Of a stretch of DNA of 64,000 bases, positions 27,752-42,279 are shown in pieces (positions within the stretch are counted from its first letter, which is position 1; every line of letters starts with the position of its first letter). The stretch covers positions 107,880,001 through 107,944,000 of the forward strand of contig OX597822.1 of the NCBI GenBank assembly GCA_951406725.2. The letters are read 5' to 3'. The DNA comes from Octopus vulgaris. Its lineage: Eukaryota. The notes below the pieces were generated by a model. The model was not told where the DNA came from. It was given only the letters and a program-made list of their open reading frames with translations, and ran no database searches. Both the position numbers and the translations under genes were made by a program.

Positions 27752-28630
27752 TGCAGGTAAGTTCCAGGCCCTGCGCTACTGGCACACAAAGGTAAATGAC
27801 GTGAAGACTGGATACACTGGCCCAGGAAGAATTGCAATCCCTGAGTCAAAAATCAGTGCGTGACCTGGGCATTGACATGAGCAATGATGCATCTTTCCAA
27901 ATGCATATTGCTAATCTGGTGATAAAATGCAGACGGCTAGCTGGATGGGTTCTCCGAACTTTCAGAACAAGAGAGAAGGAGACACTGATGGTCCTATGGA
28001 AAACATTTGTCCTCAGCCGCTTGGACTACTGCTCCCAACTTTGGTCACCACACAATATAAAACAAACAGCAGAACTCGAAGCAACTCAGAGAAGCTACAC
28101 AAAGAAAATCGTCTCAATGCAAAATGTCAGCTACTGGGAAAGACTGAAGGTATTAAACCTCTTCTCCCTGGAGCGGAGGCGGGAGAGATATGCAGTAATA
28201 TACATCTGGAAAATCCTGGAGGGTCTTGTCCCAAACTTTGGCATTCAAAGTTACTCCAACCGCAGAACGGGCGCCGCTGCGTGGTGCCAAGGATTCCAAC
28301 ATCACCATCAAAATACAGGTCCAGATACTGCAACAGCTTGGGTTTCAGAGGACCACAGCTTTTCAACATCCTCCCTAAATGCCTGAGAGACTTACATGGT
28401 GTGGATGTGGGTTTCTTTAAAACTAAACTGGATCTCTTCTTGTTGGGAGTCCCAGATGAACCTACCTCACGACAGGAGACACGGATGCGGGCAGCAGCAT
28501 CGAACTCCCTTGTTGATCAAGTGCCACGTATCAGAGGTGGATTCACAAACTAGTGTGGCTCATTCAGCGGTGGTGCCCCAGCATGGCCGCGGCCTTCGGG
28601 CTAAAACATTTTTAAGGATTTAAGGATTTT
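27752..28630 (+). mobile_element. CR1-like LINE (family A), 5'-truncated, well preserved
   Basis: VRDLGIDMS...VLSRLDYCSQLWSP...SYWERLKVLNLFSLERRRERY, frameshift to GPQLFNILP...VPDEP; tail ggtggtgccccagcatggccgc...(ttttaagga)2. Confidence 0.92.
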
Positions 28631-29454
28631 ATGTATGTATGTATGTATGTAAGTATGTATGTATGCAAATACTTCGGCTTATACTAGGTATTCAAACTAA
28701 AGTTTCCTTGGTAAAAAGTTTTAAGTTACAGAAACCATGTTTAAACAAATTTGCTTTCTTCTCCATTAACATCACGCTATTTTCTGATTTAGCTAGTTAT
28801 GTGAAACTAGCTGAAGCAATTACTAGCGAAAACATTACATTTTTATACACGTAAATTAAATGACTATAAATGTTCATAGAATCGATATTTACAACCTCTG
28901 TCTCATTTTCTGAAATACCCTGGAGAATAACACTTTAATACATGTTAAACTTTAGTATTTACCATAGAAAGAAGAAATATCAAACAAACTTCAAAGTCTA
29001 TCCCATAAACTCAATATTTGCCAATATTAAGTTACTAGCTTCTCTCTCAATTACTGTCCATAGAGATATTACATTTTTTCTCTAAACTCTACAAAATTGT
29101 TTAAAGAAAGTTAATATATATCCTATTGGCAATAAATTTGAATAATTCAACATAACGTTGTAATTCAATCGTTATAAATATATGCAGGTATAACCAGCTA
29201 TTATCTTGTTATCTAGGATGTATAAATCTATACATATCTGAAAGTACATGTGTGCGTGCGTGTGTGTGTGTGTGTGTGTGGGTCAGTGTTCCCAGCTATC
29301 TATGAATTACCTGTCAAAACTATCTTGTTCGCATTCTATCTTTTGTGCTGTCCTAGTTATTAATATATTTATATGGGAATATGTATATGAACAGGTATGC
29401 GTCAGTAGATGCATACAGTCATTATATACAAACATGCTTACATACATACACGCA

Positions 29455-29492
<38 letters not shown>

Positions 29493-29670
29493 GATATGTA
29501 TATATATATACACAAATATATATATATATATATATATACACATGTATATATATATATACATATATACATTTGCACACATGTTTATATACGCACACGTATA
29601 TATAATATGATATATATATATATATATACATGAAAGGATGCATATATATATATATATATATATATATGTA

Positions 29671-29725
<55 letters not shown>

Positions 29726-30560
29726 GTATGAATATACAGATATATGTATGTATGTATACCATATCTCAATAGCTATTACATACACATACGTGGCGTTAAT
29801 GCGTTCCTTTTTATGAAATTGAATTCATTTGACAGTTCAAAAGTCCATTTTCATTTAATTTAAAAACCATCGGCTAAAATTATTGGAGGCGGCTGTATGA
29901 AATACTGTTCTCACTGCCAGATCATTGTGTGGTAGTAGAATTCTGCATTTGGTGTTTACGATTTAATGTCCCACACACCTGATTGTGGCTGCCTATATTT
30001 CTACACGCACACACAAACACACACATACACAAGCGCACACGCACACAAATGACAGTATCTGAGTGTGTATATCACCTTCCAATTTTCCTTGCGTATATAA
30101 TTCTCTCTCAAACTGTTATGTACTGTAATGTTCATCGGGTCATTTATTCCGACATTAATATTCACAAAGCTTATATATTAAGACAATATTTTATTCCCAC
30201 CTTTTAAGCCTACGTCGCGTTTGTACGCTGTATCCGATTCCTACGTATGTTAAATAATATAGTTCATATTTCAGAAGAAAGAAATATCAAGAAACCCTTG
30301 CTATACCAAACATGAAACAGATGTAGGAATTCAATTGGCAGCACTTTGTCATATGAAACCAATCGATAGAGTGTAATTAAGCATAGGACGGGTTTACCGC
30401 TTAAAACAAACATATATTCCAAGAGGAGGTGAAAACAGCGCTATTAGATTTTACCAGCCCTCCGCTGGGGACTTTGACATAAATGAATACTTAAATATAT
30501 ATATCCATACATGCATATATACATATACACAAACATACATATATGAATATATTATACATG

Positions 30561-30638
<78 letters not shown>

Positions 30639-30802
30639 TAATAATAAGCTAAATTTAGAAAAGATGTCGGGCAATTTTGATGAAGAAAATTATCAACTGA
30701 GAGGTACTATCGAGATATATATATATAGATGACATGTATATACACAGAAGAACGTGCATACGCGCACACACAAATATATTCACATATAATTATATATACA
30801 CA

Positions 30803-32052
30803 CGAGGAATCTTCATTAAAGATAAACCCTGACACACTTCCCAAGGTCTGGGATAAAGGAAACTAGGCATAATTATTAGTCCTTCTCTACATAACCACAA
30901 TTAATGGTGACACGCTTCTCCCGTCGGTTTTCGCAGCTGTGAAGATTTTATCGGTAGAAGTCGGTAGGTTGCGTCTGAAATCAAGACTATACCTCCAGAA
31001 ATATAACTATACCTCATCATCCAAGAAACTATACTTAATTATCCTAAAAGTGCTTTTCCTTCAAAATAGACTTCATGGTTGGAAAATGGTGGAAGTCGGA
31101 CGGTGCGATTTCGAAGAATAAGGGAGATGAGGAAGAATTTCATAACTGTAAGAGTCTGCATTCATCTGGGCAATATGTGTATTGTGACCTGGTGCGTTTT
31201 CTTGGAGGAGGCGCCTTTCTGCTTTCGTGGCGTACCGCAATTTCTGCAGCAAAGAAGCATATTATGTCCCGTTAATTGTGGTTCCATTTGCCAGAAAATA
31301 CATCTTCACTACTCCACACTGGTCGCAAAAGACTGTGAGCATCAACCTGCCTGCTGAGGGTTGGACACGAATCTTCTTTGGAGGTGGTGAGTTACCATAC
31401 TTTAATTGCTCTGACTGGATCGTGTTAATGGACACATGTTTCATCCTGTGTGAAATAAGTCTGCCCAAAAAGTCCCCCTTGTTTTCTTGGCACGTTGCCA
31501 AAATAGATTGGGAGCAATTAACGAGTTCCTGTTTCTGAAAATGTGTGAGCAACCGGGAAATCGACTTCCGCATGTGCATATGGTCATGAAAGATTTTTTT
31601 TTCTATGGACCCTACACTTATCTTCAGTTTTGGGTTACTTATCGAATAGTTATGCGGCGACCCGACGAAATAGCAGCTACCAATTTATGGCTGGTGCCCT
31701 CATCAATAGTGGAATGTGTTCACCAGAAATGATAGCACTTTCCATTCATATCAGACCACATTTAAACTGGCGATGCTAGTGCTTGACTACGTGGCATCAT
31801 AAAATTATTTCATCTCATGAAAAGTCTCCATTGATATCGAATTTTCGAATATAAAAAACGTGATCACTGATCTGCATTCAAAAACCTCTATCATAACATA
31901 TTATTTCACATCAAAAAAGACAAACGAATATAAGTGGAAAACTGCAATTTACAATGTGACACGTAGAAATAAGGACGTTTTATACCTGTAAAATTTCCGT
32001 TTTTTGCAATAATCGGAAGTGGGTCTGGGAAAACTTTAATAAATATCCCTCG
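30803..32052 (-). mobile_element. Near full-length mariner transposon (1.25 kb), dead transposase
   Basis: TIRs cgaggaatcttcattaaag...cacttcc / ggaagtg...ctttaataaatatccctcg+TA; PPPKKIRVQPSAGRLMLTVFCDQCGVV...GTTING. Confidence 0.9.
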
Positions 32053-32168
32053 TATATATACATATATATATATATCACTTATAGTGATAATCATATGGTT
32101 ATTGACGAAGTGTCTATTTTCGGAATATTTGGCATTAGAAATTTTTTCTTTTGCTCTTGTTTATAAGT

Positions 32169-32212
<44 letters not shown>

Positions 32213-32315
32213 TTCGAGGTGAGTACTTGATAATTATAAGCACCTATGTATACCGTTTGATGGTGGAGGTGGTGGAGTAAATTGATCAAAATAAAAACAT
32301 GATGCCAAGGATTCA

Positions 32316-32393
32316 GCGGTACATATGTTTCGGGCCTTTATTAGACAGATTTATAACAATGCATAATGTATGTATGTGGCCTTCTTCAGCCGC
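32316..32393 (-). ncRNA. Type I hammerhead ribozyme (inverted twin)
   Basis: Reverse complement of 32526-32603 with one change in the stem II insert. Confidence 0.85.
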
Positions 32394-32525
32394 GCACAAC
32401 AGAGAGAAGAAAGAGATGGACGCTTCAATTCTATGCTGTTGCCGCATTATGTCGTACCAATGAGGGATTTGCATCCCAACCAAGAATTTTTGATGTAACA
32501 CATGTCCTTGTGGAAGCTGTTGTGC

Positions 32526-32603
32526 GCGGCTGAAGAAGGCCACAGACATACATTATGCATTGTTATAAATCTGTCTAATAAAGGCCCGAAACATATGTAC
32601 CGC
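32526..32603 (+). ncRNA. Type I hammerhead ribozyme
   Basis: gcgg-CTGAAGA-a-ggcc[41 nt]ggcc-c-GAAAC-ATAT-GTA-ccgc; predicted cleavage after GUA at 32599. Confidence 0.85.
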
Positions 32604-33165
32604 TGAATCCTTGGCATCATGTTTTTATTTTGATCAATATATATATATATATGTTGGCATAAAAAAGCTGACGTAATACTGTCTCATATATGGAAAAATG
32701 TATACATTTCAACTATGAAGTGGTATTGCAAAATTCACAGAGATTAAAATGTATGTTCGTTAGAAAGACACTCACAGGTATACTTCCATACACACACACA
32801 CATACACACATACACACACGCACACACACACATACACACACTGACACCCACACACACATTAAAATATATATGTCTTTCTGTATATATACATATATGTATT
32901 TATACATGAAAGCATTTATGTGTACGGCTGAGTTGAGAAATGAAAGAAGCTGGTACTCAACACATTTAATTGGTATCACATATATAATACAAAGTATTTA
33001 ATAACAGTTTCACCCTACATCACTACCTAACTTTTGGTCGGGCTTGTAGAGACCCACATTCGATCCTTGTAAACTAACTAGTGATAGGTTCGCTTGAAGT
33101 GACTACAAAAATTCAAGTTACATGGAACCGAGTTAAACTATTCTTAAATATCATATAGGTGAGAG

Positions 33166-33215
<50 letters not shown>

Positions 33216-33233
33216 ATTCTATATATCTATCTA

Positions 33234-33410
<177 letters not shown>

Positions 33411-33513
33411 TGATAAATCTCAGAGCGAGTTATAAACAGTAGCAGCAACACATCGTGACGTTTATTTGCCATTTGAATATGGCTAACCCCTAAGGGTGAA
33501 TGCTACTGTAGTT

Positions 33514-33610
<97 letters not shown>

Positions 33611-33642
33611 CATCTATATCTAAATCTATCTATCTATCTATC

Positions 33643-33710
<68 letters not shown>

Positions 33711-34117
33711 AAGTCCAAAACATACAGTTTTACAGCAAATGCGATTTTCTCTATTCCCATAGATGTTTCCAAGAATATTTCTTCTTTTAGATCGTATCTG
33801 GTAATGTAACAGTTAGTAATGGTCCGGATGTAGAATTGCATGCTTAATGTTCTGTTGCACAGTAAAAGGTTAATGGTGATGAATACTGAGATAAGTAATA
33901 CACATATAATACTAAATTAGGTCGTCGGTCTTAATGGAACGGAAAAATGTAGGATAGTAAGAGATAAAGAAGAGTGATGATTCTAAAATAGCACGCAGAT
34001 TGAAGAGGTGCTTGATGCGACCGGGGCTTTCGCTAAGTAATATAAAAAGTTTTCACTTCGCCATTAAATATTCGTCGGAGCGATAGACAGATAGAGAGGT
34101 TGAGCTTCATATGTGTG

Positions 34118-34168
<51 letters not shown>

Positions 34169-34260
34169 TTGTCTGTGTGTTTGAGCGTGTATGTATTTGT
34201 CCGTGTGTGCATACATATGCATACGTTCAAATTTTGAGAAATATATATTCTGAATAAATA

Positions 34261-34327
<67 letters not shown>

Positions 34328-36904
34328 CCATGTATGTATCAATACGTATATACACATGCGGAAAGAGGGAGAGTGAATTAGGGATGGAGTGATATTATTG
34401 GTAGCCAGTGGCGAATCGTTGCTTAATGTGCTAAAGAGAAAGATAATAGAACGAAAACAAACTCCAGAACATGAACATACAGTAAATACAAAGGCTAGGC
34501 AAGCAACCATTTTTTTAAATGCAAACAGGTGCAGAGATATTGCCCCCCCCTTATGCACACAAACACATACGCGCAGACACACTCACACACACTTCCACGC
34601 AAACACTCAACTACGTGCACATACATATGTATATACACTGAAACACGTACATAACTATGTGTATCTGTATATTTCTGTTTGCCAGTGTATCTCTCTGACA
34701 GACATCTTTTTATTATCTCACTACACACACACATACACACACATACACACACACACATACACACACACATACACACACACATACACACACACGTATGTCT
34801 ATGAATGCCAGGGTTTATGTTTATTTACATGTGTGCGTGTCGATAAATAGGTAAAGATGCCCGTTATTCTTAATGGCATGTTGTGTAATCCGTGACGCAT
34901 CCAGTTTCCTGGGTTTGCAGGAGAACATCTTGGGTACCATATCTGTAGAGTAATTATGAGAGTGCAGTTATTTCCTCCGTTTGAAATATATGTCAGGCGA
35001 AAAAGCCTAGTCATTGTAGTAATAAAACGCTTATTAATCATATAGAAGCTATTACGCACTTACAACTGCTCCCGAAAGAACATACATGCATACAAATACT
35101 CAAACACATGTGCATATATGCATAAAGAAACACACAAACACATGTGTGTATATATACGCTTATATGTGTATTAGGTTTACCCTCCCGTGCACATAAGTAT
35201 GTATGATCATGAACATATGTATGTATGCGTAGATTTGTAGAAATGTATGCCTGTCTGTGTGTATTTTCGCGTGGGTGTTTATGTGTGCCTATGTCTGTGC
35301 GTATTTTTGTGTGCTTGTGTGTGAATATAGATGTCACTGCATCACGAGAAAAAGTAAATTTAATCTGTCTATGTCTACGGTAACGTGTGAAGACTAAAAA
35401 CACCAGAAACGAAAATGTGTGACAAATTGAAATGACTTCGGGTTTGGGGGAAATAATTAACATAGATACAGAATCAATCAGAAAATAGCACTTTCAGTCA
35501 GTTAGGAGACGTGCTGTGCATGATTATGTTTGAGTCAAGCATCGGTAACAAAGTTATAATATTTGCAAGAGAAACCAGCCATTTGATCGTTATTAATTAC
35601 CGAGATAAATTCATGACAAAAATCACCAAATCTTTTTTTTTATGATGATAGAAAATTCACAGATAGCACATTGTTGTTTTTCAAAATCTAGATTTCTAAA
35701 TTAATCAATGCTGTAAATGCAGAAATACAAAATGTTTCCAGTCAGTCTTATGAAATGGAATGAGATTATTTCATTAGAAGTATCAGTTTTATTTAGGAAA
35801 TGTATTGGAATGGATAAGACAGAAACATGTTCTATGAATTAACGAGTCTTGTGTTTTCTGGGTTTTTTTTTTATATATTAACTTGTAAAAATGAATAATG
35901 AACATTATGTTCTCCAGGCTATATTTTCTAGAGGAAAAAAAGAACCGTCATATCTGATCAAGAAATAATAGATTGATTCAAAAATATTGTATCTACCTTT
36001 TGGATCATGCTATTAGAAATATTAAGCAAGCACACTCTTCGCAAAATTACCTCATCATACTTTTATGAAATGATATCGCAACTCTAGATAACAAATAAAA
36101 TATCCTCTCACCATAGGCTTCCTTGATTTATGTGGAACAGGAGGCAAAGAATAATATCTTGCAATCAACATTATAATATTCACCCGTGTCCAATGAACAG
36201 ATATTCTATACAAATAAATATGACCTCCCTGAATTAATCAACATCATGTGGAAACTACTGATTACTTGTAAAACGAAAGTTTTTTTCCGATTATTTACAC
36301 AGTAAATCATACACACAATCCAGACGACATTTTCTTTATTCGAGTTCACATAAGAAACAGAGAAGTGAAGGCCATACTAATTACAAGACACGAGGTTTAG
36401 TAAAAATGCTATGAAGTTGACATTTAAACATAGGCATGAAACGATTTTTTAAAACTTTCTTTCAGAAGGGAAAGCTGTGCAAAGTTCTAGATATATTCTT
36501 TACTCGAGGACATAAGTGCCATTTCTAAATGTTCAACTTAGAAGGGAAGAACATACGAAAGAAAAAAATAACAAGCCTACAATTCTATTTAAAATGAGAC
36601 CTGTGAAATTTGAGTGAAACAAATAGATTCCTTTATTATTATCTCTTAGTAATGAGGGAATTTTGTTCCCTACACCATTTTCTGGGACCCCGACATAGAT
36701 GGAAGTGAAGGCGGCACTACTTTTGAAACAGGTGTCCTGGCCCAAATATTATGTAGTGAATGATTTTCGCAAACAAATCAACCTTGTCCGTTGGTGCTGT
36801 TAAATTGGGTGATGGATTAATTCTACAGCCCAAGAAACAATGAAACGAAAGATTTTACAGTCATTTTAAAGGAAATGATATATATTAAATTTTTAATTAC
36901 GATA

Positions 36905-38005
36905 TTACTTGTTTCAGAAATTTAGCTGTGGCTATGCTGGTGCTTTTAATCAATCAAATCCACCACAGGACATGTTTCAAAGCCTCGTGTTCATTCTATC
37001 AGTCCTTTTGCCGAACTGCCAAGTTAAGTGGACTTAAACACACCAGCAACGGTTGGCAAGCGCTGGTGGTGGACAAAAATAGACACAGAAACAAAGATAC
37101 AGTTGAAATTTTCAGAAAAACAAAAGATGAAGACAAGTGTATGAATATCAAGCAGGTGTAATAGTTTGACGCTCGGAAAATGAGAAAGCCTTTTATGTTT
37201 CGAGCCTACGCTCTTCAACAGAAAGGAATAATTGGAAGCAAACAGAGAGAGAATATAAAGTTGTGGATTTAGTGGCCAAGCATGCCGACTGGTTGGAAAA
37301 ATATTTCACAGGAGAGGTTGAAAGAATGGGAGTTAATAATATACTAGTGAACTCAAAACGAAGGTGCGCTTGCGTATGTGTGTATATGAGAATGTTTACG
37401 TGTGTGTGTAGGTAAGGGCCTGTGACTTTGAATGTGTGGCTGTGTGCGTCCGTCACATGTGGGTGCATGGATGATGGTGTGTGTGTGCGCGGATGCTGGT
37501 GTGTCGTGTGGGTACTGGGAACTGGTCAGTGCTAGTGTGTGGAGTGGCGTGGGTTGGTGTTATGTAGTGTGGTGGTGTGGCACTGTGTGGGGGTGAGGGT
37601 GAATATTTAGGTGCGTGGTGGCGGGATATGTGGGCGGGTGAGTGGGGGAATGCGGGGTGTGTAGTGGCGAGGTGTGTAGAAGTGTATCAATGAAGAGACA
37701 AGGTGTGTGGGAGTGAAGAGGGGAGTAGGTGTCGGGTGAAGAGGAGAGGATGGGAATCAGATGAAGTATGAGGCGGAGTTGAGCACCTGTGGCACAAAAG
37801 AACGAAGAGAAAAGATTAAATCCTGTTCACTACGTGTGTGCATGTGTGCTTGTGTGTGTATGTATGTATACGACGGGCATCTTTCAGCTTCCCTCTATCA
37901 TCTCCACTCAAAAGCCCTAAGGAAATAATTGACTGGAGGATACTTGCACTGTTAATGCTTACAAAAAAATGTTTTCTTTGATTGGGAAGCAATCTGTCTT
38001 GCATT
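36905..38005 (-). mobile_element. Old SINE family A split by a PLE-type insertion (~37100-37810)
   Basis: 3' half at 36905-37095, 5' half from cgacgggcatctttcagc at ~37871. Confidence 0.65.
37189..37226 (-). ncRNA. Minimal type I hammerhead-like fold with core variant
   Basis: Minus strand ccttt-CTGTTGA-a-gagc-gtag-gctc-GAAACATA-aaagg; perfect stems I and II, A6 replaced by U. Confidence 0.6.
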
Positions 38006-39398
38006 TTTCTATGACAGTATGGCTACGATTAGTTGTTTTCAAGCATTATTTCTAACATGATATATTTTTACATTTACAATTCGATCAAAGTCTATTAGAA
38101 AAAATATTTCGCTTCAAAGTTAAAATATTGTAATAACTAATGATCATGTTATAGATAGTAAATTGGGTAAGTACATTAAAAACCCACACAAGAAAATGAA
38201 AAATAAATTTGTAAAATTTGTACAAATAATATTTCAAATTGCCACTAAATAAAGCTCGAACATGACTCACATGAGAGTTACAGTCGTTCATCTTAGACGG
38301 TGCTGGTGCAACGCTTGCAAATTATTTAGATTACTCTCCAGTCCATGTCATTACATTTACCTGGCTACAACCGGCTCCTGGCCAGTTTGCTCTGTCGCTG
38401 AACTCGGGAAATCGGCTACCGTGAGATTTCACTATGCGTTTTTTCTGGTTGCGTCCCAGTGAAACATATTAAACAGAATATTACCCACATTAAAGTCATT
38501 GCTCTCAGACAAGCTGTGTACCTGATGGACATTGCCCCCCTTCTCCAACACTTTAAAAAACGTGAAACTTGTAAACTTCTCTATCGTACATGTCGTACAT
38601 GAACTAAATGTACAAATGCTATTCATTTCTTCTGGATACGTATGTATCTATTACATTGGACCAGTGGAACACAAACTATCAAAAACAATTATACAAAATT
38701 ATTTAGAAAAGTTGCTTCTATTTAAAAAAACGTTGTTTGTGATGTACCTAAAACATAGCTAAAAGCAAAACATTCAGGAGGAGATTGTTAATTTAACAAC
38801 AACGAATAACTCAAAGAATAGCACAACACAAATATTGGACATCCTAATAAGAAATTAACTTGTAGCAGACATTAATGTTAAACTATAAACACGATGGTTG
38901 AAAAACAACCGTGAAAAGTCAAGGGTCAGAAGAAACTTAGCTGAAAAACATATTGAAAGTTATTTCCATGTTACTCTGTTAAAAAAAATATCAAGGAAGA
39001 AAATAATGCTACGAACAAAAATTCATGAAACATTCTTGAAGCTGAAAGTATTATTGACTAGTTGATGGACGCAGAATATTTATTGATGCAGTTGTAGAAA
39101 ATTATAAATTCAGTCAATGATAAACAAAACTGCCGAACAACATTTTACAATGCATGTATTTACATTCACCCTTAATCGATAAATCAATGTCGCCATGACA
39201 AACTAAACCAACCATTATCAATATTAGAAAGAAATATTAGATACAGGAAAGAATGAACTGCACAAACAAACACAAAGAAATGAAAGTCACGAATAAATTC
39301 AAAGGTGTAAATGTTAAGAAATAAATTCGAAAAGGTCACTGTCTAGAGGATGGAGAGGAATTCACTTATGTACGAGATACATGATGAATTATTGAATG

Positions 39399-39485
<87 letters not shown>

Positions 39486-39504
39486 TATATATATATATAT
39501 ATAC

Positions 39505-39585
<81 letters not shown>

Positions 39586-39829
39586 ATATATATATGTGTA
39601 TGTGTGTGTATGTATGTGTATATGTATCATGTATGTGTGTGTTTGTATGTGTACCAGGGTACATATTTATATGCATATGTGTCTCTGACCTTCCATGTGT
39701 ATACATAATTCATATTTGTGTATATATTTGCATGTGGTGAGGCGAAGAAGTATAGAAACTGAGAGAGAAGTCAACCGTTCAAACACTTGCACATTAACTG
39801 ATCGGTTATTTAAATCATGCATAAAATGT

Positions 39830-40450
39830 TTTGTTGAGCTCGCAGTCGTTCTTGCATAACTATGGCTTAATTCAGTGTCGTAGCGATGAGCTCTTTGAAG
39901 TAGTTAGAGTACGGCTGCTCCTGGCATAGTTGAGAAAACTGTAACTGAATTGCTTTCTTTACGGTTAGTCTGAGGTTTATTGCAGTTAAACTAGGTATGA
40001 CAACTAAGACTGACAATATTGCCAGGATTCATCTCATTAAGGGTGTCTTGGCTGTTTCAGTCTCAGTGCAGATACTTTCTGGAACCATCACCCAAGGGTA
40101 ACTATTGCTATCTTTTAGCCGATACCTAATTGCAATGCAAATGGGTTAGAACTCCTTTCCGTTGCCGCTACATGGCGAAGGTCGTGCAGTTTAGTGAATA
40201 CGCTTCTGGGTACGGAGTTTCCGATGGTTATTAACCTCAGAGAAGTTACTCAGCACCTGCAAGCTTTCAATTCCGTTGATTGTGCTGTTGGCTAAACTCC
40301 AATGATTCATCAAGGAAAATAAACCATGAATGTTGTTGTATAGTGCGTTGTTGGGGTGAATGTCTGCACAGCTATTATCTTAGCGTCTCTGGTGTGAAAC
40401 GTGATGTGATGATAGTCACACATTGACCTTCAGCTGCTCCCTGCTCTAGT
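39830..40450 (-). mobile_element. Possible 5' end (UTR plus APE start) of a decayed RTE-like LINE
   Basis: Minus-strand remnants RTL...KELIA...VMQE resemble first APE motifs; raised GC. Confidence 0.35.
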
Positions 40451-42279
40451 TGCATGGCACTCAAGATAAGATGAATTTACTTATGTTGATTTCTCTACCT
40501 TTTTCAATTCAGCAGTCGATGTTGCTTTGGTCATCATATTTCATACTTTTAAATATACATGCAACAAAATTTCCTTATGTCATTTGCCCTCAATTATGTT
40601 CCTTACAAATTTTACGAAAGTGTGTGTGAGTCGTATTTACATTTATCGCACTCTTTTTACGTGGTTGGGAATTTGAAAATCAGGATTTCAAACACTCAAT
40701 TTTAATGAAATCAATTAAACACATAGTGATGGAATAAACTGAAGTGTTTATTATTAAACCATTTCTTTTTTACTTATAATCTTTATTTTCAATATCTTCG
40801 TTTGTATGCTCTCGCTGCTATGAGTTAAGCAGATAATGTATGTCCATAGAAACATGAAGGTGCAAGACAATTAGCAATACAGTCGATGATTGCTGTTCTA
40901 TTTCAGCTTCTATTGGTTGTTTAAATCACACATATTTGTGAATAAATCGAAGGCACCATTTACTTTAATCATATTTTCTTTTGTAATTTTGTAGTTTCTT
41001 TCAGACCGCTTTTACTGTATCGCAAACATCTAATTGTTGCCGAAACTTTTGAGTGCTGATCGTCTTTCCATATCAATGCTGAGATCAAATGTGGGCCGAA
41101 GGTAAAACACTTTAGTTGTTGTAATAATAATTCCACCCGTTGTTTGGAAAATGACATTTTATTTGTTGGCTGCATAAATCTAACCTGATCTGGCGTTTAG
41201 ATATAGATATTGTAAGGATTCTTGAGCAGAAATGTCTATCAAGAATCATAAGCACATTAAATGGAATATTGTTGTTTTCAACAATTTAGTCTGTACGTTT
41301 TTAAGTACAAAATTATTTTCAAATAATCAACCAATACCACAGGAAATATATTGATTCATTCAAGCTGAAAGTAAAGCATTCCTTGGAAATTTGAAGATTT
41401 TCAAATAGTTGCTTAATCACGTGTATTGAATTAAAATTTTCAGTTTTAACTATTGGGAGGAGAAAATGTGTTAGATGTAAAGCGACACATGAATACGTCA
41501 CTGTTTTGTTCTCAGAACCAATGTGATTATTCCCAGATTAGTGGCGCATCTCCTGTGAAGGAAATATTTTGTAGCTTTCACTTTTGCTGCAAAAGGGTCC
41601 TCATCAAAAGACATGTGCTTGAAAGAAAATTAATAGAGCACATCACATGACACCCAAACCGAGACCTTTAAGTATCCTGTAGTTGTTTGAGCGTTAATTA
41701 ACCTCTGTATTAATGTCTTTTGTTTTCCATTATTATATTGCTTTGTGCTATAAAATAATGACTTTCAGAAAGACGAAACGACCTACAGTCTGGACAAATT
41801 TTACATAAAGTTCAATTAGGACTTTTGTGTGAAATGAAATTCAAAATGAACATTATTTTTTTCAGTTCCACTTGAAACAAGTCAGCAAATAAGGATGATA
41901 ACAAAACAATACAAACAATAGTACATATTCTTTTTAAAAATTGATTTTGAATTTTGATAACAAACCAGCTATTCCGATGGTGGTATTATGTCGATTACAT
42001 CAACTCCAGTGCTCAACTATTACTTACTTTATCGACTTCGAAAGGATGAAAGGCAATGTCGGCCTCGGCGGAATTTGCTAGAGATTCTGCCAGCTCGTAG
42101 AGTTACAGAAATTAATATTATCATTAAAAATAATAACAACATCAATGAAACTGAAATTTACCTTACTGGTATCCAGATCAAGCAATTAAAATTTTTTGAT
42201 AACAAAAGTTATTGATTAAACTTAGTCAGTAAGAAAGAAAAGAATCTGTGGAAGGCTGGTTGAAATTGTACAGTATGCA

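Larger units (their letters stand above)
32209..32638. mobile_element. Penelope-like inverted pLTR insertion in (TA)n
   Basis: Arms 32281-32402 and 32517-32638 (122 bp, 1 mismatch), 114-bp spacer, 72-bp one-sided extension, (TA)n on both flanks, hammerhead in each arm. Confidence 0.8.

Noticed and set aside
30270-30330. cagaaga...gaaacagatgta hammerhead-like string
   Set aside because: Core and stems too degenerate to distinguish from chance
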